Source of the DNA: Candidatus Thorarchaeota archaeon | Lineage (GTDB): Archaea; Asgardarchaeota; Thorarchaeia; Thorarchaeales; Thorarchaeaceae | DNA length: 64,000 bases | Reading direction: 5' to 3' | Assembly: GCA_050124975.1 (NCBI GenBank) | Contig: JASFEF010000001.1 | Coordinates: 26,122-90,121 of the forward strand | Shown here: piece by piece, positions 27,367 through 35,489 of the stretch | How the letters are laid out: each line of letters begins with the position of its first letter | How positions within the stretch are numbered: the stretch's first letter is position 1 | Position numbers and translations under genes: made by a program | The notes under the pieces: generated by a model | Databases searched by the model: none | Seen by the model: only the letters and a program-made list of their open reading frames with translations | Told to the model about the DNA's origin: nothing

Positions 27367-28884
27367 ATGGTTTTGGAGTGTGAGCAAGAAGAACCTGTGC
27401 CCGTTTCGAGCAGGTATGCTGGAGTCTTTGGCATTGCAGAGCCGACGGAAAAAGTGGTTCGCCTAGTCAAGATCATATCTGTACTCCTTCCAGCCTTTGC
27501 TGCAAGCTTTCAGATCAGCACTACATTCTGGATGATTTACATCGCCGAGTCTCTGGGTAACGGAGACTACTTCGCAGGACTCACACTCGTTGGCTTTTTG
27601 GTTGTCCTTCAGATGGCAATCCAGACCGCACTCGATTATCCAACCGGAGCCATCGGAGACTGGATTGGACAGCGGTATGTGATAACCTCCGCTCTTCTCT
27701 GCTACGCAGTGGCCTTTAGCCTCTCGTCACTCATTGTGAAGGACACTCCAGCGCCAATGTGGATTTATGTCACTATTTACGTGCTGTTCGGGCTTGGGTC
27801 GTCGCAGGAGAGTGGCGCCTTCAACGCCTGGTTCGACAACAACTATCGGGTTGCTATGCCACATGACAAGGATCGCAAACAATACGGTGTGTTCCAAGGG
27901 CGCCTCGGGATGGTGTGGCAGGTTTCATCGACCCTAGTCCTACTTCCTGGTTCTTGGCTAGCCTACCTATATGGTGAAACATGGGTCTTCAGTCTACAGG
28001 CAGTCTTTGCGGTGCTCCTAGCTATCGCGGTGTTCAGAATTGTCAGAGACCTCCCTGGAGTAAGAGATGAAACTGAAGCACGACCATCACTTGGTGAGTA
28101 TGGGTCTCTCCTCAAGGATGGCTTCAGATTTCTTTGGTCCAGCCGATTTGTGACACTCATCATCCTAGGTGAGGTTGTGATGTGGAGTATAGGTCCAGTT
28201 TGGTGGAACCTTATTTTGTTCCCTCTATACTTCAGCTTCCTTGTAACAATGGTTGCTGTGAGTGCCTTCAGGACTCTGGTCTTTGTCCCACAGGCCATAG
28301 CAAATGAACGAAGTGGTGTACTTGCCAAGAGATTCGAACCAAAAAAATGGATTCCACGTTTCAGACTCTTGCAGTTCACAGGAGTCATCTTCTATCTTAT
28401 ACTTGCAGTCATAGTATACCTCTTCCCAGGGATTCCAGCTGGTATAGATCCAGAAACTATAGAATTCTACACAGTGTTAATTCCATTTACGAATCTCCCA
28501 TTGATTGAGATACCTGTTCAGACAGTGATTCCAGTGATCCTCCTCTTCCTTCTCTTCATCAGTCTCAACATGTTTGGTGCCATTGCAGGCATTCTTACGC
28601 AGAGAGTGATGCTGGATGTAATTCCAAACCGAATTCGAAACTCGATGTACTCTCTTCAACCTACACTGGTCATGCTACTATCAATGCCACTGATTGCATT
28701 CTTTGGATGGTTTATCCCCTTCACAGGAGGTTTCTTACTGACATTCATCATCTGCGCTATAATCGCTCTTCTTGCAGTACTGATGATAGTGGCAGCCTTC
28801 AATAATCCTATACCAAAGGCCGACGAACTTGTTCCTGCCACTGAAAAAGAGCAGGAAGAGGTCCAAGAGATGGAAGTCACATAA
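27367..28884 (+). CDS. MFS-type transporter
   Basis: 505 aa, about 12 TM segments. Confidence 0.7.
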   Translation: MVLECEQEEPVPVSSRYAGVFGIAEPTEKVVRLVKIISVLLPAFAASFQISTTFWMIYIAESLGNGDYFAGLTLVGFLVVLQMAIQTALDYPTGAIGDWIGQRYVITSALLCYAVAFSLSSLIVKDTPAPMWIYVTIYVLFGLGSSQESGAFNAWFDNNYRVAMPHDKDRKQYGVFQGRLGMVWQVSSTLVLLPGSWLAYLYGETWVFSLQAVFAVLLAIAVFRIVRDLPGVRDETEARPSLGEYGSLLKDGFRFLWSSRFVTLIILGEVVMWSIGPVWWNLILFPLYFSFLVTMVAVSAFRTLVFVPQAIANERSGVLAKRFEPKKWIPRFRLLQFTGVIFYLILAVIVYLFPGIPAGIDPETIEFYTVLIPFTNLPLIEIPVQTVIPVILLFLLFISLNMFGAIAGILTQRVMLDVIPNRIRNSMYSLQPTLVMLLSMPLIAFFGWFIPFTGGFLLTFIICAIIALLAVLMIVAAFNNPIPKADELVPATEKEQEEVQEMEVT

Positions 28885-28889
28885 GACCT

Positions 28890-29855
28890 CTATTTCGACT
28901 TAGTCTTCTCTATCGATTGTTTGAGAATGTCTGCATTCAGTTCACCAGCATGGAATACCTTGCCACTCTCAATATGGTTGAATGTAATCTCTGCTGGACT
29001 GAATAGAAGAGGGTCTACCTTGTAGAAGTCGTTTCCTACACTTTTGAACAGGTCGTAGAATGGCTGACCATATTGTCCAGATGAAGACGATGGAACCTTC
29101 TCAATGACCTCGTTCAAGTCCTTGTCATCATCACGGACAAAGTAGAAGGTCCTGCCTCCGTACAGGATACAGTCGTTTGTAACACCCATTGCTCTAGCAT
29201 CTTTCTTTGCCACTGGAGCAACAGGAGCAACACCATACCCAGACCTTACTCTATCAAGGTCAAATCCAATCTCATGCAACTTGTGCATACCCACTTCGAC
29301 AACTCTAGCTGAAACCTGTATTGAACCTACGAGACATGCTGTAGGAGCCAAAAGACAGTATAGATCAGAGGTTGCTATACCACACTTGTCTGCTATATAC
29401 TGAGCGACATTGTCCGGTGGTGTTTCTCGAGTTTCAAGCAGAATCACTCCTACTTTGGCATCATCTGCATAGTCAAGATGTTTGTAGAGTTTTTTCTCAA
29501 CGCGAGAAAGTGCCCGTGCTGGACCTGAACCCATGGCAAAGTAACCCTCTTCGTTGATGACCCAACCTGCATACTGTGATCCCATACACGCAATCTTTGG
29601 ATGGTCAGAACTCACAACGACTGCTGGTAGATCCATGTCCCCAATGTGCATCTTGGTATGCCTGACGACACCATGACCTCCAAGACATATCTCACTCACT
29701 AGCCTTCCCAGTTCGTCGGTTCCTGTGACCTCGATACCGGTGTCGATGACTGTTGTACCATTCTTCAGTTCACTGACAGTACAATCCAATTCCTCTTTGT
29801 TGTCCATAATCTCCTTTGTAATCTCGAATGCTCCTTCATTAACACTAATTTTCAT
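28890..29855 (-). CDS. mch: Methenyl-tetrahydromethanopterin cyclohydrolase
   Basis: 321 aa; full-length resemblance to Mch. Confidence 0.88.
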   Translation of the reverse strand: MKISVNEGAFEITKEIMDNKEELDCTVSELKNGTTVIDTGIEVTGTDELGRLVSEICLGGHGVVRHTKMHIGDMDLPAVVVSSDHPKIACMGSQYAGWVINEEGYFAMGSGPARALSRVEKKLYKHLDYADDAKVGVILLETRETPPDNVAQYIADKCGIATSDLYCLLAPTACLVGSIQVSARVVEVGMHKLHEIGFDLDRVRSGYGVAPVAPVAKKDARAMGVTNDCILYGGRTFYFVRDDDKDLNEVIEKVPSSSSGQYGQPFYDLFKSVGNDFYKVDPLLFSPAEITFNHIESGKVFHAGELNADILKQSIEKTKSK

Positions 29856-29868
29856 GTCCTCTCTCTCC

Positions 29869-30735
29869 TCATATCAAGTGCTGGTTCTTCGAAGCTCGAA
29901 TAAATATCTCCTCCCCAGGACTAGCCTCAGCGAAGTCTCCCATGTACTTGACCCATTTCTCTGAGGCATCAACATCCTCAGACAAGAAATCGGGTCTTCG
30001 GTCTTTCAAGTATCGAAGATAGTAGTTGATGAACTCTCTCTCAGAACTTCCACTGAACTTGTAAGTTGGAAACAGGGAATCTAACTTTCCAAGACAAAAG
30101 ATCATCCCTTTTGTTGCCTGTACACCGACACGTTCGGCCATGTCGCCAACAACGATTATAGTACCACCCATCATGCGAATCGCTGATTGGGGTCCTACAT
30201 TGCCTTTCACAGCAATGAAACCTTTCCGCATATGTGCTGCCATCTCACGTCCCACATCACCTGCTACGTAGACGCGTCCTCCCTTCATACCATCGGTAGA
30301 TCCACGATATCCAGCACACAGATAGTCTGCAGCATCTCCTTCAATCTGGATATTGCCACCCTCCATCTCTGCAGCAGCCCAAGGTCCAACTGATCCTTTG
30401 ACATGGATACGGCCGGCTATCATCTCCGCTCCGAGATACATTCCAGTATCTCCCTCAACGGTAATTCTGCCTCCGTTCATCCCCTTTCCAATCATCTTCA
30501 CTTTCTTGAGGTCACCCTTGACCAGAATCTCGGTTTCATCTGGAGTCGGACCACTCTCACCACTGATGTCAAAGAAGTCCTTGAGTTTGAGAGTCTCGTT
30601 GCCTTTTTGAACGAGTATCTCTCCAATCTCCTTCGCACTCTTTCCAGCAAAATGAGTGGGTGTTATCGTATCCGCCTCTAGAGGAATATCGGGAGCCTCT
30701 CTTAGTGACAAAATCACTGTCATGTGCCCAACCAC
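29869..30735 (-). CDS. fwdC: Formylmethanofuran dehydrogenase subunit C-like (GXGXG beta-helix)
   Basis: 288 aa with repeated G.GG beta-helix turns (GKGMNGGRI, GAEMIAGRI, EMEGGNI, GMKGGRV). Confidence 0.8.
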   Translation of the reverse strand: MVGHMTVILSLREAPDIPLEADTITPTHFAGKSAKEIGEILVQKGNETLKLKDFFDISGESGPTPDETEILVKGDLKKVKMIGKGMNGGRITVEGDTGMYLGAEMIAGRIHVKGSVGPWAAAEMEGGNIQIEGDAADYLCAGYRGSTDGMKGGRVYVAGDVGREMAAHMRKGFIAVKGNVGPQSAIRMMGGTIIVVGDMAERVGVQATKGMIFCLGKLDSLFPTYKFSGSSEREFINYYLRYLKDRRPDFLSEDVDASEKWVKYMGDFAEASPGEEIFIRASKNQHLI

Positions 30736-30850
30736 CTTTGGTTTTTCGTGAGGATTATCCCCCTAATAACACCTTTTGCAGTTCTCATGGAAGACGGAAA
30801 AAAGAAAAGGTGCCCTTGTTCTGGTTTTTTTACTCAGCTGGTGGAGTGAA

Positions 30851-31747
30851 ATGGAGATAAACGGAGTTCCAATCGAAGACACATTCGCTGAAGCATTTGG
30901 CATGCATATGAATCGTACAATAATCACAGCATACTCCGAGGAATGGGCTCGGATAACAGCTACAGAAACAACAGGTTTCGGGACCTCAGTGATTATGGCC
31001 CCGGCGGAAGCCGGAATTGAATACATATTGTCGCCTGATGAAACCCCTGACGGGCGTCCAGGTGTGCGTGTAATCTTTGCTGTGGGATCAAAGAAGAAAC
31101 TAGAACCCCAGCTCCTTGCAAGACTTGGACAGTGTGTATTGACAAGTCCAACAGCTTCCGCGTTTGATGATACTCCAAAGCCGAAAGACCTGTACGAGAT
31201 TGGCAAAAAAGTTGCCATGTTTGGTGATGGATTTCAAACGAAGAAAGGACCAATTGATGGGAGAGTTCTTTGGCTCATACCACGAATGAGTGGTACATGT
31301 GTAATGCAAAACATGTTTGGACGTGTGAAGGGAGTCGCTGGTGGTAACATCATCTATTGTTGTGAGGATGTTGAGAGTGGAATGAACAGTGGAATGGCTG
31401 CTGTGAAGGCAATCGAAAGTGTAGAGGGCGCATATACACCATTCCCTGGAGGTCTCGTTGGATCTGGCTCTAAACCCTCATCAAAGTACAAGGTCTTGTT
31501 TGCATCTACAAACGAGAAGTTTTGTCCATCTTTGCGTGCTTTGGTCCCCAATACGTTCGTTCCAAAGAGTAGTGAGTTCGTTCAGGAGATTGTCATCAAT
31601 GGACTAACCGAGGCTGCAGTTGCAGAAGCCACGAAGGTAGCAATAGAAGAGGTCTGCAAGCATCCTGGAATCACCAAGATGACTGCTGGGAACTACGGAG
31701 GAAAACTTGGAGAATACCAGATTAAACTCCATGACCTATTCAAGTAG
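30851..31747 (+). CDS. ftr: Formylmethanofuran:H4MPT formyltransferase
   Basis: The N-terminus MEINGVPIEDTFAEAF is typical of Ftr. The ORF extension from 30776 is unlikely. Confidence 0.9.
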   Translation: MEINGVPIEDTFAEAFGMHMNRTIITAYSEEWARITATETTGFGTSVIMAPAEAGIEYILSPDETPDGRPGVRVIFAVGSKKKLEPQLLARLGQCVLTSPTASAFDDTPKPKDLYEIGKKVAMFGDGFQTKKGPIDGRVLWLIPRMSGTCVMQNMFGRVKGVAGGNIIYCCEDVESGMNSGMAAVKAIESVEGAYTPFPGGLVGSGSKPSSKYKVLFASTNEKFCPSLRALVPNTFVPKSSEFVQEIVINGLTEAAVAEATKVAIEEVCKHPGITKMTAGNYGGKLGEYQIKLHDLFK

Positions 31748-32581
31748 TCAGTCTTTCTTCGCACCGCTTGCTGAAATCTTTCCGACTTCAATTGGTGTTT
31801 CAGAGAACATCATAGGTTGATTTGGAGAGTATGAAGGCTCATGATTGGTCAGCCTCATGACCATCTCATCTCCAGTATGAAAGATATTCCTGAATTGAAT
31901 CTCCAATATTGGACTATAGAGTAGTAGGGGAAGAAAGATTGCAATCATCACGTAACGAAGTGGCCATAGATTGTAGTCGGCCGGATTCAGAAATATCTGA
32001 TTGAGCTTGAACGCGACTTCAATGAATCCCCACCAGAAACCAAAGAAGAGACTGGCCTGTCTGATATGCTTCAACCTGTTAAACATCCCAAATGCTCGAG
32101 TCATCCAATCATCGTACTCTAGTTGTTCAAAGGGATACTCTAGAACTCCTCGTTTCTGTACTGTCAGCACTGCGAGTTTTCCGATGAATTCCCTGTTCTC
32201 ATTTTCAATGATGACAAGCGTCCGAAACCGTTTCCTGAAGAAGCCGCCAATTGTCATGATTGAGAAAGCAAACATCACGATTACCCACACAATGGTGAGG
32301 GCCATCATAACTGCTAGAATGATTATGAGGCAGATAATTACACCTTCCTCTCCGCCGCCGCCACCACCATTGCAATAACAATCACCACCACCGCAACCTC
32401 CGTCGCCAAACACCTCGGACGTCACTGAAATGCGACCAGTTTCTCTGGAATAAACAGCATTACCACCTGGATTAACACCAGTTATACTCTCAATCTCCTT
32501 CTTTAGAGTTGAACCAGATATTCCATATGCTCGTATTGCGAGGGGTTTCTTAGGCTCAGATACCTCCGAATAGTAATCCAC
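31748..32581 (-). CDS. Membrane protein with a Cys/Gly-rich segment, unknown function
   Basis: 277 aa, GTG start. The segment GGCGGGDCYCNGGGGGGEEG immediately precedes the first TM helix. Confidence 0.45.
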   Translation of the reverse strand: MDYYSEVSEPKKPLAIRAYGISGSTLKKEIESITGVNPGGNAVYSRETGRISVTSEVFGDGGCGGGDCYCNGGGGGGEEGVIICLIIILAVMMALTIVWVIVMFAFSIMTIGGFFRKRFRTLVIIENENREFIGKLAVLTVQKRGVLEYPFEQLEYDDWMTRAFGMFNRLKHIRQASLFFGFWWGFIEVAFKLNQIFLNPADYNLWPLRYVMIAIFLPLLLYSPILEIQFRNIFHTGDEMVMRLTNHEPSYSPNQPMMFSETPIEVGKISASGAKKD

Positions 32582-32721
32582 TTACTCCAATCTCCACAAT
32601 TCTTAGAGACCCTTTGTGATTATCACTTCTTCGATTTCAAAAACCAATGTCCCCTGTAGAAATCTTTATCACAGATTTTCATGCGGAATGCGAAGTGACA
32701 GCCTTTGGTTGTCATATGGAA

Positions 32722-32828
32722 GCCTCAGTAGCTCAGACTGGTTAGATCGCGTCCTTGGTAAGGACGAGGCCGCGGGTTCGAAAAAACTGATGATTAGCAT
32801 CGTTCCGAAAATCCCGCCTGGGGCTCCA
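32722..32828 (+). tRNA. tRNA-Thr(GGU) with a T-loop intron and encoded CCA
   Basis: Acceptor GCCTCAG/CTGGGGC. Anticodon arm CGTCC-TTGGTAA-GGACG. T-stem GCGGG/CCCGC encloses TTCGAA-aaaactgatgattagcatcgttccga-AAT. Confidence 0.8.
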
Positions 32829-32831
32829 CTT
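32809..32831 (+). repeat. Direct repeat copy 1 (3' end of tRNA-Thr)
   Basis: aaatcccgcctggggctccactt is identical to 33219..33241. Confidence 0.9.
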
Positions 32832-32839
32832 TCTCTCTA

Positions 32840-33148
32840 TTATTCACTCATCTTTTCTATCTTGAAGATGACAGGTCTTATCCCATCTCCACAAGGTTGG
32901 TATGTTATACCTGGTTCAGGGTAGTTGTAATCTCCCCCACAGTAGTAAACCATTAGAGTAGTATAGAGGTCTTGCCAAGCTTGCCCACAGAAGTCCTTAG
33001 GTCGGTTGAGATGATTATCCATGATGAATTCTTTGCCCACCTCATAACTACATTCTTGTATCGGCTCGCCATCTCTTAGAATCTCGTGGCCAAATATCTC
33101 CTCTGGGCTAAACTTCTTCATGACAGTAATCCTTAGTTTCATCTTCAT
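32840..33148 (-). CDS. TIGR04076-family small Cys-containing protein (paralog 2)
   Basis: 102 aa with the same family pattern as 7991..8341 (C.YEVGKEF...C..AW...CGG...PCGDG.RPVIFKIEK). Confidence 0.6.
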   Translation of the reverse strand: MKMKLRITVMKKFSPEEIFGHEILRDGEPIQECSYEVGKEFIMDNHLNRPKDFCGQAWQDLYTTLMVYYCGGDYNYPEPGITYQPCGDGIRPVIFKIEKMSE

Positions 33149-33218
33149 ATCTGGTCCCTCAATTATCTTGAGTCAACAGATACTTGGAGTGCTAAACTAT
33201 ATGACTTGCTTACGGCGC

Positions 33219-33241
33219 AAATCCCGCCTGGGGCTCCACTT
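33219..33241 (+). repeat. Direct repeat copy 2 (orphan tRNA-Thr 3' fragment)
   Basis: 23/23 nt identical to 32809..32831. It starts exactly at the intron/3'-exon boundary in the T-loop and includes CCA plus 2 nt. Confidence 0.9.
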
Positions 33242-33244
33242 CTT

Positions 33245-33646
33245 CTAATGGTCATTATTGAACTCTGACACCAGACAGGAGAGATCATCACACTTACTTC
33301 GGAGAACAGCATCTCCACGTAATCTTTTGAGGGATGAAAACACAAAATGACTACCAATTAAGAGAAGGAACACTATACCTACACCCAAAGCTACTATGTA
33401 CCCCAGAACTTGGCTGACCGTGTAGCTGTTCGACGTAGCAATCAGGATTGTCATCAGAGACAATGCTATTGTCAGTATACCTATTCCAGTACGAAGTTCA
33501 GCAAGATGAGTCCTCTTTTCAGCATCAATTGTGCGGATGAATGCCAGCGAAGTTCTAATGTTGCTCTGTTCCATTCTATCATCAAACTCTTGTGATTCTG
33601 TTGTCAATGTGGTCCCCTCATCAATCTTCGAGTAGAGGGTCTCCAA
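33245..33646 (-). CDS. DUF202 (YidH)-like small membrane protein
   Basis: 133 aa. RTHLAELRTGIG resembles the ERT.LAW.RT motif. Two to three TM helices. Confidence 0.5.
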   Translation of the reverse strand: METLYSKIDEGTTLTTESQEFDDRMEQSNIRTSLAFIRTIDAEKRTHLAELRTGIGILTIALSLMTILIATSNSYTVSQVLGYIVALGVGIVFLLLIGSHFVFSSLKRLRGDAVLRSKCDDLSCLVSEFNNDH

Positions 33647-33872
33647 GTTTCAGTTTTCTGCCATGTCTACGACGTCTAGCAAACAAGCGAGCTGCTTCTT
33701 CGGGACCTACCAATTCTGATACTCTCTTGAAGGCTTCAGGATCATCTTCCCTATCCAGCCATTTCTCAATCTCCCTCGCCACTGAAGGAGAGAGGTCCTT
33801 TGCCAGCTTCTTCTTTCGACCTTTACTATCCAAGTCGAAATCATCTGGACCAAGTAGACTCATCGTACTCAC
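33621..33872 (-). CDS. Small charged hypothetical protein
   Basis: 83 aa, GTG start. Overlaps the downstream gene by 26 nt. Preceded by a 24-codon uORF that shares its N-terminal decapeptide. Confidence 0.4.
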   Translation of the reverse strand: MSTMSLLGPDDFDLDSKGRKKKLAKDLSPSVAREIEKWLDREDDPEAFKRVSELVGPEEAARLFARRRRHGRKLKLGDPLLED

Positions 33873-33997
33873 AATCGATTGTGAGAAGTCGGTTTAAGAT
33901 GTTTGTCGTATAGGTCAAAGTCATCTGGGTCAAGTAGACTCATTTCACTTACTCACTAATGATTGCCGACCAATAGTTAAGACCTTCTGACCAATTT

Positions 33998-34413
33998 CAT
34001 GTGGTTGAATGAGCATCAACTGCTAGAAATTTCTGTGTTCCACCCTTTTCCTGTCCAGTTTCGCCACTTTCTAAACTCAATATGAAATTAGAATTAACAG
34101 AAACTTTGTCCATTATCATCAGAATAGAATTCCTCCTATAGACCTGGTTTCCTTCTCCTGCATTGATGCTGGAACATCACGTCCAGCCACAGAGAGCGTT
34201 CCCACAGTTCTTACCACGGCGGGGTCATCATCACTCATCTTGGAGTCGTCACCGAAACCAATAAGGCCCGTTTGGACAAAGTGAACAGCCGCGGACTCTC
34301 CCGGACCTGATGTCTGATCCTTCCTGGAGAGTAAGGACTTCCCTTGAGAAGATTTCTTTCGGATTTTCAGTCGTGCACGTCGGACTTTGTCCAAGGTCCT
34401 AGTCCACATACCT
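33998..34413 (-). ncRNA. Unclassified conserved structured-RNA candidate, copy 2 (overlaps called ORF 34119..34424)
   Basis: Paralog of 1790..2200 with the same blocks, the same spacing and compensatory stem changes. An AT-rich box (aaataatt) lies ~25 nt upstream. See findings. Confidence 0.5.
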
Positions 34414-34581
34414 AGTCCTGTCATACAATTATTTGTTCTTGGAATCTTTTGAACTCGTACTTTAGTAGGAGAAATAAGGGCGGTCTTGGATTTATCAAGT
34501 GATTACAGCTTTATTCATGATGACATTGAGTGATACTCCGTTATTCTTATAACCAAAACCCGAGGACTGCCCGTCTAGCAT

Positions 34582-34688
34582 GGGTCGGTGGTCTAGCTTG
34601 GCTATGATTCCTGGTTTGGGTCTTGCGAACTCTTGTTCGCTAGCAAGACTCCAGGGGATCCCCGGTTCAAATCCGGGCCGGCCCACCA
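34582..34688 (+). tRNA. tRNA-Pro(UGG) with a ~29-nt canonical intron and encoded CCA
   Basis: Acceptor GGGTCGG/CCGGCCC. Anticodon stem CCTGG/CCAGG with loop UUUGGG. T-arm CCCGG-TTCAAAT-CCGGG. A TATA-like box (ttcttataacc) lies ~30 nt upstream. Confidence 0.85.
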
Positions 34689-34763
34689 CTTGTTCTTCAA
34701 ACCTATCTGCTACTTCGTCAATAGTCGAAATCCTTATGTTCAAAACGCCTCGAAATTCGTTCA

Positions 34764-35489
34764 ATGTCGTATCAATCATCTGTCCGTGAGCGTCTTGCTC
34801 GTCGTATTGCTGGGGAAATTGCGTTGTCAGAACACCCAGGACAGACCATGAAGATTTGGAGAGAACGCTTCAGACTACCACAGATTGTTCTTGCTGACCA
34901 TCTGGGTATCAGTCCTAGTGTGATTAGCGATTATGAGTCAGGACGAAGAAAGTCTCCAGGTACTTCGACTATACGCCGTTTTGTCATGGCACTCTTGACT
35001 TTGGATGAACGAAACGGTGGCCAAGTTGTAGCTGCGTTTGTCCGTCTTATGGACGTCAGCCTTGTTGATCTCAACATCGTTCTTGCAATGAGTGATTTCT
35101 CCTCTCCAATGACTGCGAAAGAGTTCTGTAAACGTCTAAAGTGTACTACTAAAACTGGCGAGAAGCTCATGGACAGAGAAATCTTTGGTTACACTCTGGT
35201 TGATGTGGAGCGAGCGGTGAAGGAGCTGAGTAGTGATGCTTTCTTGAAGCTCTTCGGTGCAACCACCGAGAGGTGCCTGATATTCACCAACGTCAACACA
35301 GGTAGAGCTCCAATGATTGCAATCAAATCCCAAGAGTTCAAACCATCACTTGTGGTCCTTCATGGTGTCACAGAAGTGGATAGACTTGCTCTTGAGCTGT
35401 CAGAGCAGATGAGAATTCCTCTTGCTGTAAACAAGGCGAGTTCTATTGAAACTCTGACACGTGAGCTGAGAGGGATAGAACCAGTCTAA
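34764..35489 (+). CDS. HTH (XRE-like) domain putative transcriptional regulator
   Basis: 241 aa with the HTH segment LPQIVLADHLGISPSVISDYESGRR. Confidence 0.55.
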   Translation: MSYQSSVRERLARRIAGEIALSEHPGQTMKIWRERFRLPQIVLADHLGISPSVISDYESGRRKSPGTSTIRRFVMALLTLDERNGGQVVAAFVRLMDVSLVDLNIVLAMSDFSSPMTAKEFCKRLKCTTKTGEKLMDREIFGYTLVDVERAVKELSSDAFLKLFGATTERCLIFTNVNTGRAPMIAIKSQEFKPSLVVLHGVTEVDRLALELSEQMRIPLAVNKASSIETLTRELRGIEPV

